Position numbers and translations under genes: made by a program
DNA from: Takakia lepidozioides
Lineage: Eukaryota > Plantae > Bryophyta
Length of the DNA stretch: 64,000 bases
Assembly: GCA_030704615.1 (NCBI GenBank)
Contig: CM060733.1
Coordinates: 69,130,001-69,194,000 of the forward strand
Reading direction: 5' to 3'
The notes under the pieces: model-generated
Database searches by the model: none
Told to the model about the DNA's origin: nothing
The model's input: only the letters and a program-made list of their open reading frames with translations
In this document: piece by piece, positions 47,590 through 61,369 of the stretch
How the letters are laid out: every line of letters starts with the position of its first letter
Numbering within the stretch: position 1 is the first letter of the stretch

Positions 47590-50500
47590 ACACCATCCGG
47601 GGCAGTTTTGGGAAGACCGATGGAAGGAGGCCCATGCGGAGAGGTCCGATGAAGTGGAGGAGCCCGGCATGAAGCGACTTTCAATCTTCTACGAGGTATC
47701 ATAAGGCGGTACATATTCCACAAAAACACCATCAATATCATTATGCATACATGTGATATTGCACATTTTGCATGAGTTACATTGTCACTTTCACGTCAAA
47801 ATATTTGTGTAAGTATTTGTGGGTGGGGATATATGTAGGACCTGAAGATTCTCCATCTTCCAGATCCCATGATATTGAGAAGAATGTTTGCTTGTCCCTT
47901 TTTCGGGTTCTTCATGGCACGCCGGCAAAGAAGGGAGTGGCTGCAAAAAGAGATTCTCTCAATGTTACAAAAGAACTTGAGGAGCAGGGTCGCATGCCTC
48001 ATCTATGGGCCTCAGAAAACGGTGTGGACCCAAAGGGTGTTGTACGGTGGAAGTATAGGCACGCACCTCGGCAATGGACAAAGAAAGAAGACAAGAAAGT
48101 GATAGCCACCATAAGTGCTGTCCGAACACCAACTGGCTATGGGTCGTCCCTCCGTATGAAGTTTAACGAAGACGGGGTCCATGGTTTGAAGTCTCATGAC
48201 TACCACAATATTTTGCAAGACATCTTGCCCATTGCAATACGTGGGACATTGCCTCCCGAGGTTCGCGAGACAATCTATAGATTGGGAGGCTTGTTCCGGT
48301 GGATTTACTCCAAAGAGTTGGACGAAGCAGATTTTCCACGCATGAAGAAGGAGGCGGCGGAGATAATGTGTAAGTTGGAGAAGCACTACGTCTTCCTCTT
48401 GGCTTAGCATGCACAAACCACCTTCCAATTTTTGCCTCTTGTTTTGTCTTCGGATAAGAAAACTTGCTCCATGTTTGAAGACCATGCACTTGGATGTCAA
48501 AGAAAGAGAGGGGGTACAAAAGGATGATGACACCCCGAAGAATACATCTCGGACCCTATACGATGAGGCTCCATCAGATGCGGATGTTGGAGAAGAAGAT
48601 GAAGACATGGTCATTGAAAACGAGGTGGAAGATGATTTAGCCGTGCATTTTGCTGACCCGGCCATTTATGACGCTGACTCCGATGACCAAGAAGACTTGC
48701 AGCTTGATGAGGACGAAGAAGTTTCGGATGATGATGTTCAAGTTGATTAGACACGTAATCAAAGCTACATAATAATTCTCGCACAGAACTGTACACATCC
48801 CTCCGATTGATTGTACATATACATGCATGTAGCATTTCTATGATTGATCAATGGTCTTGCAAAAATCTCTCCCTCCCTCTCTCTCTCGTCCCAAGTTTAT
48901 TTCTCTCGAGATCATATCAAACTATCATGGGCACTCTCAAAGATTGCTCGCCTTGGAAGGCTCACATGGCCAACAGTGGAAGGTCGACCTAAGCAGGTCT
49001 AGACGTCGTGAGAGCGAATGTTGTTTCGCGGTTCTAGGCTGGAGGGAGTTTGAATTCAACAACGACTTCAAAATTGGAGACCAGCTTGTATTCACTCTCG
49101 TTTCACACTCACGTTTTACCGTTCAAGTGTTTGACAAGTGTGGCAAACGAACTTCATCACCTAGGGAGTATCCTTGGAGCCATACTGGGATGGATTCATG
49201 GCTCCGTAGGATTGCCCGATTCGTATCTACCGCCGGGCCAAAAGCTTGCCAAAGCGCAAGTACACAGTCAAGATTGAATCTGGCCTGAAAACACTTCCAA
49301 AGCTAGATACTAATGTTCCACACAATATAACTAACATGATGAAGTCATTCCCAACGTATGTTTCCAGCAGCTTTGAGCAACACGAGTTATCTACAAGACT
49401 TGATTAAGAAAACAATGGATATGGGCATATTAAAGAAGGAGTCTCATTTCTTCCTAAAGACGGTTTTTCAAAGCTCGATGGCCTAGCACCCCCACTGGGA
49501 AGGGAGAGAGGGGGAGAGATAGGGAGAGAGAGAGGAACAGAGGGAGAGGGACAGAGGGAGAGAGAGAGAGGGGCAAAAAAATAAAAAAATAAAGAAGGTG
49601 GGGGGGGGGGGGGGGGGACTGAGCAGCAGCTGCTCTCTCCATCTCTCTCCACATCCTCATGAAAAAAAACAAACAAGAAGGTTTGGGGGGGGGAACGTAC
49701 CTCATCTTTGCCATCAAACAAGTGTTTGTCGACTCTTCTTCTCCATGGATGGCTCATAGGAAGAAACTTGCGGTAGTTGGGATACACCATCTTGCGAAGA
49801 TGGCGGGAGCTATGTGCATCAAGTTCATCGCCACAATATTGCAGGCATGCATGGTACCCTTTGGTGCTCAGCCCCGAGAAAATAGTTAGTCATGTACACA
49901 TACTGCCACATTAGCAAAGATAAAAAGTTGTCATGTGCATGGCCCATAGTGCCATCTACCCCACTACTGTGCACAAGACTGTTGTCGCTACTTCAATCAA
50001 TCCCAATCCTCATCAATATTATCCCTTGACAAATAACTATACGCGGGTTCTTCATGGGGAACGTATAATACCTGGAGAATCTGCATTGTCCAAAGCAAGA
50101 TGCAACTCATCTAAAAATATTGTCCGGCCATAGGGTCAAGTGAGGCATCCAATGTCGGGACCCCGCTCCATAGCTCCTTAAGTTCATCAACTAGGGGTCT
50201 CAAGTACGTGTCCATGTGTTTCACTTGTTTTTTTTCCTATGAGACATTCACATCATTGTTTCAATGCTCCACCATGCTAATTATACTTCATAATGAATGA
50301 CACATCTTACTCCATGATTACGTTGACCACTCATCAATCTTCCAAACCCCGACAGTTGAACATGACCCGGGCGACCACAGAGCTATCCAAAGACTCCATC
50401 AGCCGCTTAGTGGAGGCGATGGTCACCAAGACTTGCAAGGTGCCAATTACACTTGTGAGCTGTTTCCAGAAACGGGAGCATTACGTAGTGGAAGCCGCTT

Positions 50501-52195
50501 ACAAATATTCATTTAAATTTCATTTAATTCAAAATTGGTTCAAGGGTAAGTGTGTCATTGGGGAGGCAAATATATATTTTTTTCTGTTGAATCTTTGCAC
50601 AGGTGTTGCACATATAATCAAACACATGTGGGCAAAAGTTAAGCTTGAGCCACATCTGTTTCATGGGTGCAATGGCATGAGGGGATTTTCTTTCACAATA
50701 AACAAAATTGGTTGACAGGGTGAACGCATCATTGGGGGGGCAAATGATTTTGATTAGGTTTGAAACTTTGCATACATGACGTTGACGGTTGCGCACATAT
50801 ATGTAATTACTGAATGACATATTTGATGAATGCACACATTGAAGGCTGTTGTTTGCATTTCGCTTATAAGTTGTATTGTTGCAATGACACATTATAATAT
50901 ATGCCCGTATGTTCATTTGTTCATATCAGGATTTTGTTGTTCCTTTCCCGGTCCTTTCTCTTGGCACCCCATCCGAAAACAACCCAACTACATCAGGTGG
51001 GAGCCGTGGGCGAGAAGCCGCCCCCACCGTTGATTAAGTACCGAACGATGATGACGATGACAGTGACAGTGACAGTGACAACGACAACAACAATGAGGAT
51101 GAAATTAACCAGGATGATGTGCAAGCATGGAGGATCTCTTAATGCATCATTTGGGCGCTGATGCATCCCATAGAGAGGAAACCCAGCCAATCGATGATCC
51201 TGAAATGGCCCCCTCAAATGACATGGAGAGAGAGGCGAGAACTCCCTTGTACGAAGGGGCGAAAGTGAGTCGACTTTCAACAATCTTACTTTTGCTCAAT
51301 CTTCAAATTCGATTTGGCGTAAGTAATGTTGGGATATCTGCCATAATGTGAACTATTGCGGACTATATCCTTGCTCCACACTTGAAACCCAAGATGTCAC
51401 GGTCGCGGAAAGAGGTGCACGAAGTCTTGGACTCTGTGGGGATGGGCTATATAAGATTTTTCATGCATGTCCATGTGATAAAACCCTATACTACGGAGAG
51501 TATTCGCGTCTCACCAAGTGCCCAAAGTGCAAGAAAGACCGATATCGGGATGATGTCCAAAAGAAAAAAAGTATCACGCAAGGTATAAGCGTCATTCCCT
51601 CTCGCATGGAAAAAAAAAAAATTAATCTTCTCAATGCATGTAAAGTATATTTCACAAAGTTTAAGGTTTAGAGAGTAGTACTCATGCAATATCTGATTGT
51701 GGCTTTGGAAGGAGTGAGTAATATTATCGACGTTTGGTTTTGACCATTCATGCCCTAATGAGGGAGATGTTGCATAAAGGGAAAGACATAAGGGTGTTGT
51801 ATTATGTGTACTAATGGGTTGATTATATGTGGGGGCATGGGGTGTTCCATCCTAGAAAATGCAATACTTTTTTATCATCCCGCGATTGAAGACACACTAC
51901 CAAAGCCCCTCATTGGCAAAATTGATGAGATAGCACGGCTCGCATCGGAGCCCCCGGGGTAAAATGTGCGGGCCATAAGATTCACAAGCATGGAGGCTTA
52001 CTGAAGAGAGATGGCATTTTCTCTTGGATGACCCACGACAGGTCCGCCTCGGCTTCTCCACGGATGGGGTCAACCCATTCTCTATCCAGTCATGTAGTCA
52101 TTCCACTTGACCGGTAACCATGGTGAATTACAATATCCCTCCATATCTGTCAATAAGAAAAGACCATATCGTGTTGGCTGCCATTGTACCAGGTG
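47590..52195. mobile_element. Scrambled CACTA/EnSpm TnpD transposase remnants
   Basis: Plus: 51230-52195 (TPLYEG, HACPCD..CPKC, LGFSTDGVNPF, YNIPP) and 47670-48400 (HDIEKNV, GLKSHDYH, DUF4218-like). Minus: 50130-50230 (MDTYLRPLVDELKELW), 49690-49865 (YRKFLPMSHPWR..FDG) and 48485-48519 (SFFDIQVH). Confidence 0.85.
48890..49160 (+). pseudogene. B3 DNA-binding domain fragment (REM-like)
   Basis: LEGSHGQQWKVDL...GWREFEFNNDFKIGDQLVFTLVSHSRFTVQVFD. Confidence 0.8.
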
Positions 52196-52231
52196 AGTGT
52201 TCTTATTTCATGTTTATTATTCCCTTGGATT

Positions 52232-52800
52232 TTACATTAATTTTCTGATATGTGGCGCAATTCCTTTGGCCATGTGCCCGGTCCCCCCGTAGTTAAAGCA
52301 CACCCCGTCAAAGGTCGTCTTCTGTCCGCCCTGAGCCGCCGCACCTGATTTTTCTTCCGGAGCACTGGGTGCCGCCTTGACATGCAAAGGCCCTCTCTTT
52401 GATTTCCATGAGCCATTGTCGTCGTGTGGCTTATCCCACTTGTTTTTCGGCCGGAAAGAATCACCCTCCCGTCGGACCTTCTTATGGTTCAGCTTCGTAC
52501 GACATTGTCTTTCACCCCTAGGGACATCCGAGAAGCATTCAGCCCTTTCAATTGCCTCGTTCAAAGTCTTTGGTGGCATCTCCTCCAACTTCCGTCTGGC
52601 CCAAGGGGCGAGTCCCGCCACAAAGTTGAAGACCATTTCTGGTTCCACCATATCTGCGACTTCGAGCAATAGCACATTGAAAGCCTGAACATATCCCCGA
52701 ATGTCATCTGTCTATTTCAAGTTCCTCATCTTGTCCCAGGCGAGCCAGGATGCGTTGAGGGGCACAAACTGTTTTTTCATGAGTTCCAGATCCTCAGCAG
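52232..52800 (-). mobile_element. Ty3/gypsy gag fragment
   Basis: KQFVP.NA...YVQAFNVLLLEV...FNFVAGLAPWA; degenerate zinc knuckle CFNYGGTGHMAK. Confidence 0.75.
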
Positions 52801-52882
52801 TGGTGGGGCATTTGGCCTTATAAGGTCTGGCTATCTATAGTGCTACCAGTGTCTTGGAAGAAACTGAGTGGACCAGGGATAC

Positions 52883-55800
52883 TACTGTAAAAAATCATGA
52901 TAAAGATAATCTTGCTGTCTTATCGGCAGGAGTGATTCTGATTGGTGGATGTTAATTTCCATAGCATAGCATTTGGTCCAAAGTTGTGGACCATCGTTTT
53001 GTAAGATGAGAGCTTTTTGTGGATGTACTACAGTCTATATGGGCCTGTGGTTGAAGCTATGCCATTCAAACACTGATTTTCACAGAAGAATCCAAGATCC
53101 CTAGACTTCAGATATTATGTAGTGCAAAATTGGAGCTCCTTTGGATCGGAAGTGGGTGAATCCCCGTGAAAACAAAACAAGTTGTCCTAGCACAAGGTCG
53201 ATCAGTGTTGGGTGATGTTCCATATCGTTGTTGGGCTCTGCTCCATGCCAAAGACTACAACGGGTATTGTTGTGGATGATGAGTCTTACAGTAGAATGGC
53301 TATAATTTATGTCAAATGAATGTGCCATCATTGTTATTTTCTTTAAAACTTTTGATGGTGCAAAAATGATTCTAGTACATAGTAAGAGAGTTTCTAATTA
53401 GATAGGTTCAGGTTCCAAATTTTTATTTTCCAAAAGGCCTGCTTGAAGAGCCCACCAAAAGGAGGCGTAATAAAATCCTCTCTGACCTCTACCACCCTCC
53501 CCATCCTTAGCACATGTAACTCAGCCTTTTTCAAAAGAAATTCCCCAAATCCCACTTTTTTTGCCACACCCCCGCACCCAAATCAGATCCTCTCAAATTC
53601 CCATTCGGACATCTCCCACCTCATCATGGTTCAAATTTCGAGAAGCCCTCCCTCACCTCCCAGACCCTACATCTGGGTAAACAACCTCCTCCCTTCTGAT
53701 AAGAGGGTTAAATTCAATTGTCTAAGTCAGAGGCCATCAAATGAGATTGATCATCTCAGCCTTGCCTTCCACCCCCATGTTGATTGACATGGCCTCTTGG
53801 AACATTAGGGGCCTTGGGGCGGATAATGCTTCCCCAAAGCATGCATGAGTTAAGAATTTTCTATCCCCTTACCTTCGAAATGAAGCAATTCTCTTCCTAC
53901 AAGAACACAAACTTGATTTAGGGAAAATTGCTTCTCTCTCGGATAATCTCTGGCCACGGGCAAACTCCCTCTGGAAACCAACTTCCGAAGGTTCTAGAGG
54001 AGGCACCGCCATCTTGGTTTCCCCATCCCTCTTTCAATATATAGTCTCGGAAGGCTCATGGGTTCCAGGCAAAGTTCAGTACTGTGCCATAGACCTTCCA
54101 GCCAAAGGTGGCCGGCTGGGGTTAATTAATATTTATGTTCCAAACTCGCCAGCAGGAAGGGCACAGCTCTGGGAATCCATAAATACCAATATGGAACTAA
54201 AACAGGACATAGATTTCTGGGTGCTGGCAGGGGACTTCAATATGGTTGAGTCTCCTACTGACAGACGGGGTCTTGGACAGTTTAACCCAGACGTGGCAGA
54301 GACACAACACTGGCACTCCCTCACCCTCAACCACAATTTGGTGGAAATAGAAGTGGCAAACCGGGGGCCTATGCCCCCCTCTGCTCCAGTCTTCACTTGG
54401 TCAAATAACAGAGCTCTCGTGGATCTCTAGATGGCTAGATTGGACATATACTACGCCTCCTTGGACTGTATCCAATGGTCCCAAAAGCTACCCCAACAGC
54501 CCATCCACCCCGGCTTTGATCATGCCGTCATTGAGGCTTCATTGGATATTCCAAACACTCGCTCAAGGGGCAAGGGTCTTTACAAAATGAATGCCTCTCT
54601 GCTACAGATCCCGGAGTTCACACAAGGCTTGCAGACAGCTTGGTCTCAGGCTGGCACTGTCTCCCAAAACCCATCAGATAAGTACATGGCCAAGCTCAAA
54701 GCAGTGGGGGCAGCCAGTCAGCAAATGAGTAGAGAGATTGCAGCCACTAGAAAAAGGAGGGTAAGGGAACTCATCAAGTGCCTCTCAGTCTGTCAGAGAA
54801 GAATGGAATCTCCTCGTTGTGATCAAGAAACTTACGATACCTACTTGGAAGCAAAACAAAATCTGCAATTCTTCCAAGACCTGCAGGAGCAGAAGCTTAA
54901 GCTGTCAGCAGGTGTAAATTGGTCATCCAAGGGCGAAAAAATGTCCAAGTACTTCTTTACAAAAACTAGGCTGAGAAAGGCAGGGCAGACAATATCTGAA
55001 CTAGCTAACCGGGTGTCGGGGCTGTCATTCACAGACCCCCAAACCCATGGCTACATTCGCTGCCAGCCACTTTCAGACCCTCTTTAAGAGTGACAGGCCT
55101 GTAGCAGCAGCCACACTCAATGCTTGCCTGGCTCACTCCCCACTTCTCATTGCCCCGCCTATGGCCGAGGCATTGGAAGGGCCTCTCTCGGAAGAGGAGC
55201 TTGAACTGGCCCTTTCCAAGCTGAAAGATGGGAAATGTCCAGGAATGGATGGAGTCCCGGTGGAATTTTACAAAAAGCTTTGGCCTGACATATCGCTAGA
55301 TTTTTGGGCCATGGCCAACCACATTTTTTAAGCAAACCAATGTCGGGAAACATGTCACAGGGAGTCATCTCTCTGATTTTCAAAAAGGGAGACAAGACGG
55401 ACTTGAGCAACTATAGGCCCATAACTCTCCTCAATGTTGCATATAAGATTATAGCCAAAAGCCTGGCTCTACATCTTCAGCCTCTTCTTCCTTCAATCAT
55501 TAGACCTAGCCAATCGAGCTTTATTAAGGGGAGATACATCATGGATAATCTTCTTCTTGCTCAAGAGCTTCCCCAGTACGCCCTTCAAACCCAGCAGGCT
55601 ATTGCCCTAATCCTTCTAGACTTTGAGAAAGCATTTGACAGAGTAGAATGGCCTTTCGTGATGGGCACCCTGGCCAAGATTGGTTTGCCTCCCTCCTTTG
55701 GTCAATGGGTGCGCATTTTGCTGAATGGGTCAACCAGCAGGGTAATCATCAACGGTTCAGTGTCAAAGCCATTCAACCTGCATCGATCTGTCCGTCAAGG

Positions 55801-58418
55801 CTGCCCCTTGGCTCCTTTCCTCTTCATTATTGCCGCCGACACGCTTGGATACATGCTACAAGCAGACAGGCAGATTCTGGGTCTTAGAATCACAAACTAC
55901 ATAACTAACCAGCCTGCCTACATCAGGGAATCCATGTATGTAGATGACACTTTCCTTATGCTTCAAGCAAGCCAAACCAACCTGGACAGAACTGCAGCAA
56001 CTTTGGAGGCCTTCTGTGAAGCCTCTGGTTTCAAGGTCAACTGGAACAAAACTTGTGTCATCCTCGCTGGAGACGCATCAAAATCCCTTCTGGGACGTGT
56101 GCCCTCTTGGGGCCAGGCCTTGGGCCTCTCATGGCTGCAACCTAGCTAGACGACAACGATTTGCACCCATTCTATCCAAGATCAGAAGAAACCTCACTTT
56201 TTGGGGCTCTAAGTTCCTCTCAATCACAGGTCGGGCACTTGTGGCCAACCATATTCTCTCAGCTGGCCTATGGTTCTACGCAACATTCTGGCACCCTTCC
56301 AAAAGGCAAATCTGTGAATACAAAGCTTTATTGCAAAATTTTGTATGGGGAGCTAGCAAAGCAGGCCAAAAAGTCAGGCCGCAGGTCTCCTGGAGACAGA
56401 TCTGCCAGCCAAAAAAAATGGGAGGACTGGGGGTTCTGGACCCGGAGATCCAAATCACAACACTCCTCGAGAAATGGCTGCCAAGATTCTTAGGCCCAGA
56501 AGGTGGCTGGTGGAAGTTTCTGGTGGTAGAAAATCTGATGATGGCAAGCCCCCTTAAGACCTCTAAATGGCACCCCTCCATTCGCTGGATCACACAAGGA
56601 TTCAAGCACAAAATGGTGGGATCGTCCCTTTGGAACATCATCTGGAAAGCTTGGGCTGCACTCAGACCATTTCTCCGCAAAAAAGAGCCAGAAACTTACA
56701 AGGAAACCCTCCGCCAACACCTATTTATGAACACCAACGTGCCCACACCACCTGAAAAATCGCTGGCAAAAAAGTGGTCTCCCTGGGACAGCAGGGGCAT
56801 CAGACAACTAAAACACATGTGGTCGCCTGCAGGCTTCCTGCATATTGACACAATTAGCCCTATACTGGGGTCAACTAGAGCCAAGGCCGGACTTCAGGCG
56901 GTCATAAATTCTATACCTCAAACCTGGACCCTGTCGCTGCAGGCGGGACCAATGACCCCCTCCACGAACTTCTGGACATTAGGAGTCATAAGCAACGGAC
57001 TCACCATCCTATTGGTGATTTTTGCCACAGACACCCACTTCTCAGGGTTCGCTTACCATATCAACCCCGAAACTCTAGTTTTGATCTTGGTTTCGCAATC
57101 CCAAACCCTCTTCCCTCGTTTCAATCATACCCCGGTGAGAATATGCAATTGGTCACCTAAGTTCAAAGAGTTTGATCCCCAACCACCACTTACCATACCT
57201 GTCCTATCCTGGGTCAATGCCTCCACATTTGTGTGGATCCTAGGAAGACCTCTGGCGGACCTCCAGCTGGACCCCAAAGAATGGGAATGGGCCTTTGGCC
57301 GCGCTGCAACACCCCTTCTTATCTACACCCCCAAGAAGGCTTATAGGGCTCTTAACATACAGCCATCCCTCTCCACTAAGTGGAATAGCAAATGGAGTCA
57401 CTTTGGTTTTTTGAATGAGAACTGGTCAGCAATCTGGTCTTCTATCTGGTTAAAAATTAGGCCGGCCAAGATCTCGGCGTTTTTATGGCAAGTAGCGAAC
57501 AGAGCCCTAAAAGTGGGAGAATGGTTGCAATTCCATGAAGCTCTACTATATCGATGTTGCTCCTCGGGTATCATTGAAACTCATGAGCACTGCCTTCTTG
57601 CCTGTATAGCTCCAGCCAAAATCTGGCCCTTCATCAAGGTCTTCTACAGACATTGGAGCCTCTCGGCCATTGGCCCTCTGGATCTGCTAATTAATTACAA
57701 CAAAACAACCAGGGCTCGATCCTTTCCATGTCCGGTCTTCGAGACTCTTCGCGCATCTACGTTATGGCACTTATGGCGTGCTAGATGTAAAAAGACCTTT
57801 AGCAAGGAGACAATAAGGACTTCCGCTTTGTTGGCAATGGTGTACAAAGACCTTTTAATAGAGTCGAAAAAAGCTTGGGCAAAATGTGTTGCAAACTGTC
57901 ACAGGACCCCCAGGCAGGCACTAGCAATCCATGCAACATTCAGGGCGATGTGGGCCTGCCATGGCATCATTTGTCAAAGCGACGAGCAGGAACACTGTGT
58001 TTGGAACGCTCTCCCCCCTCAGCGCTGGAGAGACCTCAGAGCTCCACTCCACGGCCTCGCCGGAATTTGAGAGAGACGTGAACTGGAAACAAGTCAAGCA
58101 CCCCGCCACTACTTCCAGGCTAAATTTCCGTTAAGCATAGCTGTAGATTAGCTCCTCGGTAATCTCAGCTGCAGGCTTAGACATTTTTTGGAAGTCTCTC
58201 GGACAGGGCTAGGCTGCTTCGAGAGGTCCTCTCTCTATGAGCACACTGCTGCACTTTAGTAGCAGGTATTTGATCATCCTTCACTGACTACAGTGTGTAG
58301 CCCTCATGGTGCAAAAGGGGGTTTTATTTTTTCCCCCACAATTTTGGAATAAATGCAATATTTCTGGGAAAAAAAAATTGGTGGTAGTGTGGTGGCTAGG
58401 TGATATTTTTTTACAGTG
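52883..58418. mobile_element. Putative non-autonomous CACTG-type element enclosing the L1 LINE
   Basis: Left end TACTGTAAAAAATCA; right end reverse complement CACTGTAAAAAAATATCA; both flanked by AC. Confidence 0.4.
53445..58290 (+). mobile_element. L1-clade LINE with a near-complete ORF2 (APE endonuclease, RT, zf-RVT) and a few stops/frameshifts
   Basis: SWNIRGLG, FLQEHK, LINIYVPN, LAGDFN, FTWSN, ARLD; NYRPITLLN, LDFEKAFDRV, RQGCPLAP, YVDD; C..ETHEHCLLAC. Ends are approximate. Confidence 0.93.
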
Positions 58419-58449
58419 ACGAGGTCTGAGATTCAATTCGTGGCTGTTG

Positions 58450-58997
58450 AAGTACATTGGTGCGCACATACAATTAATTAATGTACTTTTTTCATTTCCA
58501 AAATAATTCTAAGTCCAAGATCCTCGCTCCACTCCCCTCTCCCCAGTATCCACTCCTCTGTCCCTTCCTTGTTCCCAGTCCCGCTACCCTATCCCTGTCC
58601 CTTGTCCTTGCTCCCCTGTTTCGGGTCCCCGCTCCTCTCCTCGCCCTATGGAACGCGGCTTGCTCCCCTGTTCCCGCTCCCCGCTCCCCTCCTCGTCCTG
58701 TGGAATGTGGCTTGCTCCTTTGTTCCCCATCTTTGTTCCCCTCCTCGCTCCCCTGTCCCACTATGGGGAGCAGGGATCGGGGAGCAAAATTGGAGAATGT
58801 TTGGGAACATGGTCCTAAAAGTGGGGAGCATGAGGAGGGAACAGGAGGTGTGGAGCACTCCCCACCTTCCGAATGGGGGATGAGATTTGACTGGTAGTTT
58901 GCCGGAGCCTGTCCGAGCCTCCTAGAGCTCCGGCCAGCGGGCCCACCACCTCACACGCTTGCCTCAAACTCGTTGGGGAAGCGTAGTCCTCGCCATT
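58450..58997. mobile_element. Uninterrupted ~550-bp non-autonomous repeat (CGCTCCCC-rich)
   Basis: Reverse-complement homolog of 30836-31300 plus 33720-33800. Confidence 0.8.
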
Positions 58998-59323
58998 TAA
59001 TATGGAAGATAATATGAATGAGGTAAGAACTTAACAAAATTCGTGCCATCTGACAGTATTTTCGCCGAATTCCGGCAACCTGGGCTCCTCCGGCAGGGCC
59101 ATTGTCAAATCCTCCCCACCTCCTCTTACATCGGTTTCACTATTAAAGTCTAGTGATGACCAAAGGTCGGAGACTAGTGGTAGCGTAGAGTTGGAATACG
59201 GTGCCGTAGTGCCACATCATCGTCGTCATTTTTTGTTCAAGCTACCCGTGCTATCCGAATTGCCCGAGAAAAAACTTTGAAGTATGGCATGCCGTGATGA
59301 GCACGTTTTCATTTACTAATATA

Positions 59324-60465
59324 CTAGGTAGCCTGTGCCGTTGGCCCAAGTGTCCAGTGTCATCTAAGTCCAAGTGCAATCCCATATGTATCCAAGTGCG
59401 TCTCCTATGTTGAGGCCCATGTGTGAAGAATAATATATCCAAGTACAACCTCTAGGATAGCCTGTGCTGTTGGCCCAAGTGACCAGTGTCATCTAAGTCC
59501 CAGTGCAATCCCCTATGTATTGAAGTGCGTCTCCTATGTCAAGGCCCATGTGTGAAGAATTGAAATCTAAGCCCAAGTGCAATCTCCTATGTATCCAAGT
59601 GCTTCTCACATGTAGAGGCCCAAGTGCGACCTCCAGTGTCCAATGTCATCTAAGTCCAAGTGCAATCCCCTATGCAATCCCCTATGTATCCAAAGACCCC
59701 AATGTTTGGGAGATCTAGGGTAGCCTCTGCCATTGGCCCATGTGTGAAGAATTGAAATCTAAGCCCAAGTGCAATCTCCTATGTATCCATGTGCGTCTCC
59801 CATGTAGAGGCCCAAGTGCGACCTCCAGTGTCCAATGTCACCTAAGTCCAAGTGCAATCCCAAAGCCCACTTTGCTATTTTTGCAATCTCCCATGTCGAG
59901 GCTTCATATATTGATATATCCACTTTGCTATTTTTCGCGAATTTCCAGCGACCAAAAGTACTTGAAATTCCAATTCTCCCACCTGAAGAGCCAATCATTG
60001 CTCCAGGAAAGCCCACTTTGCCATTTTCCCGAATTTCCAGCGCGATTGGCATCTTCCCGCTCACACATCTTTCCGCTGCAATCCCCTATGTACCCAAGTG
60101 CGTCTCCTATGTTACGGCCCAAATGCGACCTCTAGGGTAGTCTGTACTATTGGCCCAAGTGTCCAGTGTTATCTAAGCCCAAGTGTAAGATCTTCTATGT
60201 ATCCCAGTACGTCTCTTACCAAGTGCGACCTCTAGGGTAGCTTGTGCCTTTGGCCATGTGTGAAGAATTGAAATGTAAGACCAAGTGCAATTTCCTATGT
60301 ATCCAAGTGCGTCTCATATGTCGAGGCCCATCTAAGCCCAAGTGCAATCTTCTATTCATGTATCCAAGTGCATCTCCTATGTAGAGGCCCAAGTGTCTAG
60401 TGTCATCTAAGCCCAAGTGCAATATCCTATGTATCCAAGTACGTCTCCCATATCAAGGCCCAATT
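59324..60465 (-). mobile_element. Helitron-like non-autonomous element built from short tandem repeats
   Basis: The minus-strand end CTTGGGCC-AAC-GGCACAGG CTAC CTAG|T is an imperfect hairpin plus CTAG. Repeats are shared with 15508-16458, and 59864-60040 matches one arm of the foldback. Confidence 0.55.
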
Positions 60466-61369
60466 TCCTCCCGGGTTGCTCGCGGCTATGGGGCAGCTGC
60501 TTTCAAGCAAATTTAGCCCGCCCAAATCCCAAAACAAAAAAATAACACTCCCCCTCCCCTAGGCCTCCATGACTTGCTTGGGGGGACAAATTAGTACATC
60601 ACGGGCCTGCTGGTGGCCTCCAATCCTAAATCCAGCCTGCTGTCCTCTTTTCCAGAACAGACTATATTCCAAATTAGTAACAAAATCACCAGACTCTATC
60701 TTCAGTGACTTCAAATATAAGCGCTCTCAATTCAAATGGACTTATGGGACCAACCCCTCGTCAATCATAGATTTGAAATAGTGCAACTCCACAATGCATG
60801 CTCCTCCTTTAGAGGGCCTAAATCAGATTTTCAACTTCAAGCTTTTGCTTGGAAAACAAATGAATCAATAGATAAATGGTGAATGGTAAGATAGGGTCAA
60901 CCTTCCAATGTGTGAGTGCTTGGGATGCTCTATCGACTCGTGTAATGGTACTCTACGCGGTCCACTCTTGGGTACTCGTCTCTAGGTCCATACCGGCCCT
61001 CCCTACTCGTCCTCAAGTCGCCTTCTTCCACATGAACTTGCCCTTCTTCCTTCACAAATAAAAATGGCTCAAAGGCCTACAAAGCTAGGACTCACCCTTT
61101 GCTTCTCAAATGAATTCCTAACTAGGGAGCTTCAACCTTCACTCCTAGGCTTCCTCAAGCCACAAACTAGCAAGCATATAAACAACAAAGCAAGAGGAAA
61201 CTATACAAATGAACTAGGTGAAGAACAAGGAAGGCCTTGCTCTTCTTTTATACTGTTTTTTAGCCTAATAAACTAATGAGAAATATTCATTAAACTATTA
61301 TTTCCTTGAAGGATCTAAAATTTAAAATTCAAAATGGATGGAAATTCTTAGAGGCTAATGAAAACTGGT

